A stretch of DNA of 59,235 nt from the NCBI GenBank assembly GCA_045612565.1, contig JAZKZG010000011.1, positions 1 to 59,235 on the forward strand, given 5' to 3'. The stretch is from Eubacteriales bacterium. GTDB taxonomy: Bacteria; Bacillota; Clostridia; Oscillospirales; QAKW01. The position numbers and the translations under genes were made by a program. The notes under the pieces are model-generated. The model was not told the DNA's origin, did not search any database, and saw only the letters and a program-made list of their open reading frames with translations. Below are positions 57,144-59,235 of this stretch, piece after piece (within the stretch, counting starts at the first letter, position 1; each line of letters starts with the position of its first letter).

Positions 57144-58343
57144 TTACGCGTTGATAGCAGTAACAACGCCTGAACCAACTGTTCTACCACCCTCACGGAT
57201 AGCGAAACGAAGACCAACTTCGATAGCGATAGGTGTGATAAGCTCAACGTTCATATCAACGTTATCGCCAGGTTTACACATATCTACGCCTTCAGGAAGG
57301 TTTACGATACCTGTAACGTCAGTTGTTCTGAAGTAGAACTGGGGTCTGTAGTTTGTGAAGAACGGGCTATGACGTCCACCTTCTTCTTTAGTAAGAACGT
57401 AAACCTGACCCTTGAATTTTGTATGGGGGTTGATTGTGCCGGGTTTAGCAAGAACCTGACCTCTTACGATATCTTGTCTTGTAACACCACGGAGAAGTAC
57501 ACCAACGTTATCACCTGCTTCTGCAAAGTCGAGAAGTTTTCTAAACATTTCAAGACCTGTAGCAACAGTTTTCTTTGTTTCTTTAATACCAACGATTTCA
57601 ACTTCCTCGTTGAGTTTGATCATACCACGCTCAACTCTACCAGTAGCAACAGTACCACGGCCAGTGATTGTGAATACGTCTTCAACAGGCATAAGGAAAT
57701 CCTGATCTGCATTTCTTGCAGGTGTGGGGATGTATTCGTCAACGTTGTTCATAAGCTCAACGATAGGAGCATACTCAGGAGCGTTGATATCTGTCGATGT
57801 TGACTCGATAACAGCAAGACCTGAACCCTTGATGATAGGAGTATCATCACCCGGGAACTCGTACTCATTAAGGAGTTCTCTGATTTCCATTTCAACGAGT
57901 TCAAGAATTTCTTCGTCGTCAACCTGGTCACATTTGTTCATGAAAACAACAATCTTCGGAACGCCAACCTGACGTGAAAGAAGGATATGCTCTCTTGTCT
58001 GGGGCATAACGCCGTCAGCAGCAGAAACAACAAGGATAGCACCGTCCATCTGAGCAGCACCTGTGATCATGTTCTTAACATAGTCAGCATGTCCAGGGCA
58101 GTCAACGTGAGCATAGTGACGGGAATCTGTCTCGTACTCAACGTGAGCAGTGTTGATTGTAATACCTCTTTCTCTCTCTTCAGGAGCCTTATCGATATCG
58201 CCGTACTCTGAGTAAGCAGCCTGACCCTTGAATGCAAGAACTTTTGTGATAGCAGCTGTAAGTGTTGTTTTACCATGGTCAACGTGGCCGATTGTACCAA
58301 TGTTAACATGGGGCTTTGATCTTTCAAATTTTGCCTTTGCCAT
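57144..58343 (-). CDS. tuf: elongation factor Tu
   Basis: 399 aa. [36 protein letters not shown] and NKCD motifs. Confidence 0.98.
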   Translation of the reverse strand: MAKAKFERSKPHVNIGTIGHVDHGKTTLTAAITKVLAFKGQAAYSEYGDIDKAPEERERGITINTAHVEYETDSRHYAHVDCPGHADYVKNMITGAAQMDGAILVVSAADGVMPQTREHILLSRQVGVPKIVVFMNKCDQVDDEEILELVEMEIRELLNEYEFPGDDTPIIKGSGLAVIESTSTDINAPEYAPIVELMNNVDEYIPTPARNADQDFLMPVEDVFTITGRGTVATGRVERGMIKLNEEVEIVGIKETKKTVATGLEMFRKLLDFAEAGDNVGVLLRGVTRQDIVRGQVLAKPGTINPHTKFKGQVYVLTKEEGGRHSPFFTNYRPQFYFRTTDVTGIVNLPEGVDMCKPGDNVDMNVELITPIAIEVGLRFAIREGGRTVGSGVVTAINA

Positions 58344-58385
58344 TATTTTGTTCCTCCCTTTTCGGAAAAATATTAGTATAAGATT

Positions 58386-58414
58386 ATTTTAATAAAAAAT
58401 ATATGATTTTTCAA
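58386..58414 (-). promoter_or_regulatory. candidate internal sigma-A promoter for tuf in the fusA-tuf spacer
   Basis: Minus strand reads TTGAAA, 17 nt, TAAAAT. Confidence 0.45.
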
Positions 58415-58440
58415 GTCTTTTTTGAAAATTATTAATATAA

Positions 58441-59235
58441 TTATTCAGCAGACTTCTGATGATTGCTGATAATCTTCTCAGCAAGTGACTTCGGAACCTC
58501 TACATATGAATCAGGCTCCATTGAATACTGTCCGCGACCCTGTGTTTTTGAACGAAGGTCTGTAGCATAACCGAACATTTCAGCGAGCGGTACAAGAGCG
58601 TTGATATTCTGTGTACCATTGTTTGCTTCCATACCCTGAATAAGACCACGACGTGAGTTAAGGTCACCCATAACATCACCCATGTATTCTTCTGGAACGA
58701 TAGCAACAACTTTCATAACTGGCTCGAGAAGTACGGGATCAGCTTTACGAATAGCTTCTTTAATAGCCATTGAACCTGCGATTTTGAACGCCATTTCTGA
58801 CGAGTCAACCTCATGGTATGAACCATCATAGAGAGTAACTTTAAGGTCAACTACGTTGTAACCTGCAAGTACACCTGATTGCATAGCACCCTGGATACCA
58901 GCATCAACGGCAGGAATATATTCCTTCGGAATTGCACCACCGACAACAGCGTTAACAAATTCATAACCCTTACCTGATTCGTTAGGCTCAACTTTAATTT
59001 TAACGTGACCGTACTGACCTTTACCACCAGACTGACGAGCATACTTATGATCAACGTCAGCAGGTTTTCTAATGGTTTCTTTGTAAGAAACCTGAGGTTT
59101 ACCGATATTTGCTTCAACTTTGAATTCACGTGTAAGTCTATCTACAATGATTTCAAGGTGAAGCTCACCCATACCAGCAATGATAGTCTGTCCGGTTTCT
59201 TCATCTGTATAAGTTTTAAATGTGGGATCTTCTTC
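58441..59235 (-). CDS. fusA: elongation factor G, C-terminal part (gene continues past the right edge)
   Basis: The frame stays open to 59235: [34 protein letters not shown]..., the EF-G domain III-V sequence. The ORF-track Met at 59172 is internal. Confidence 0.95.
   Translation of the reverse strand, partial: EEDPTFKTYTDEETGQTIIAGMGELHLEIIVDRLTREFKVEANIGKPQVSYKETIRKPADVDHKYARQSGGKGQYGHVKIKVEPNESGKGYEFVNAVVGGAIPKEYIPAVDAGIQGAMQSGVLAGYNVVDLKVTLYDGSYHEVDSSEMAFKIAGSMAIKEAIRKADPVLLEPVMKVVAIVPEEYMGDVMGDLNSRRGLIQGMEANNGTQNINALVPLAEMFGYATDLRSKTQGRGQYSMEPDSYVEVPKSLAEKIISNHQKSAE

Noticed and set aside
57127-57260. promoter for the FMN riboswitch/ribU inside the tuf 3' end
   Set aside because: Only weak matches are present: TTGGTT, 16 nt, TATCAA; and TAATAT with no -35, which would start transcription inside P1. 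Neither is convincing enough to annotate. See the finding on tuf read-through.
57369-57803. 144-aa plus-strand ORF, and other ORFs inside tuf/fusA (57151-57336, 57724-57972, 57987-58211, 58067-58327, 58500-58709, 58851-59129)
   Set aside because: These are shadow or out-of-frame ORFs within the unambiguous EF-Tu and EF-G coding sequences.

Overview
This is an AT-rich, gene-dense chromosomal segment from a spore-forming low-GC Firmicute. It looks Clostridia-like: sigG, yqfC/yqfD, ylbJ, mecA, PFOR and meso-DAP dehydrogenase are all present. I call about 60 CDS, 3 singleton tRNAs (Arg-CCT, Leu-GAG, Gln-CTG), 2 riboswitches (SAM-I before metK, FMN before ribU), and many intrinsic terminators and sigma-A-type promoters. 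Gene content is overwhelmingly core housekeeping. It includes: the PFOR 5' end; comM/yifB; potABCD; a moxR-DUF58-transglutaminase operon; nrdR; oxidoreductases; an M29 aminopeptidase; ddh; a MATE pump; a glmM-LbH-glmS hexosamine operon; mtaB; galK; a GH-A glycosidase; efp; mutS2; the classic yqfC-yqfD-phoH-ybeY-dgkA-era-yqzL-recO block; eno; sigG; mreB; comFC; recD2; metK; ribU; tuf; and the fusA 3' end. I see no CRISPR array, transposase or integrase, prophage, toxin-antitoxin pair or recognisable defence genes, so I cannot support a claim of a new multi-gene system. The most unusual items are listed here. (1) An XRE-type HTH domain is fused in-frame to an apparently intact phosphoglucosamine mutase. 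It heads a translationally coupled glmM-LbH-glmS operon that lacks a glmS ribozyme, and a perfect 10+10 inverted repeat overlaps its putative promoter. (2) An FMN riboswitch starts only 17 nt after the tuf stop codon, with no terminator between them and no convincing promoter. (3) Near-identical palindromic hairpins bracket a DUF4838-like gene beside tRNA-Leu. (4) A YqzL-like small ORF that is absent from the ORF track overlaps recO. Several ORF-track N-termini were shortened where the extension runs through a riboswitch, terminator or promoter. All family assignments come from motif recognition by eye and need HMM or BLAST confirmation.
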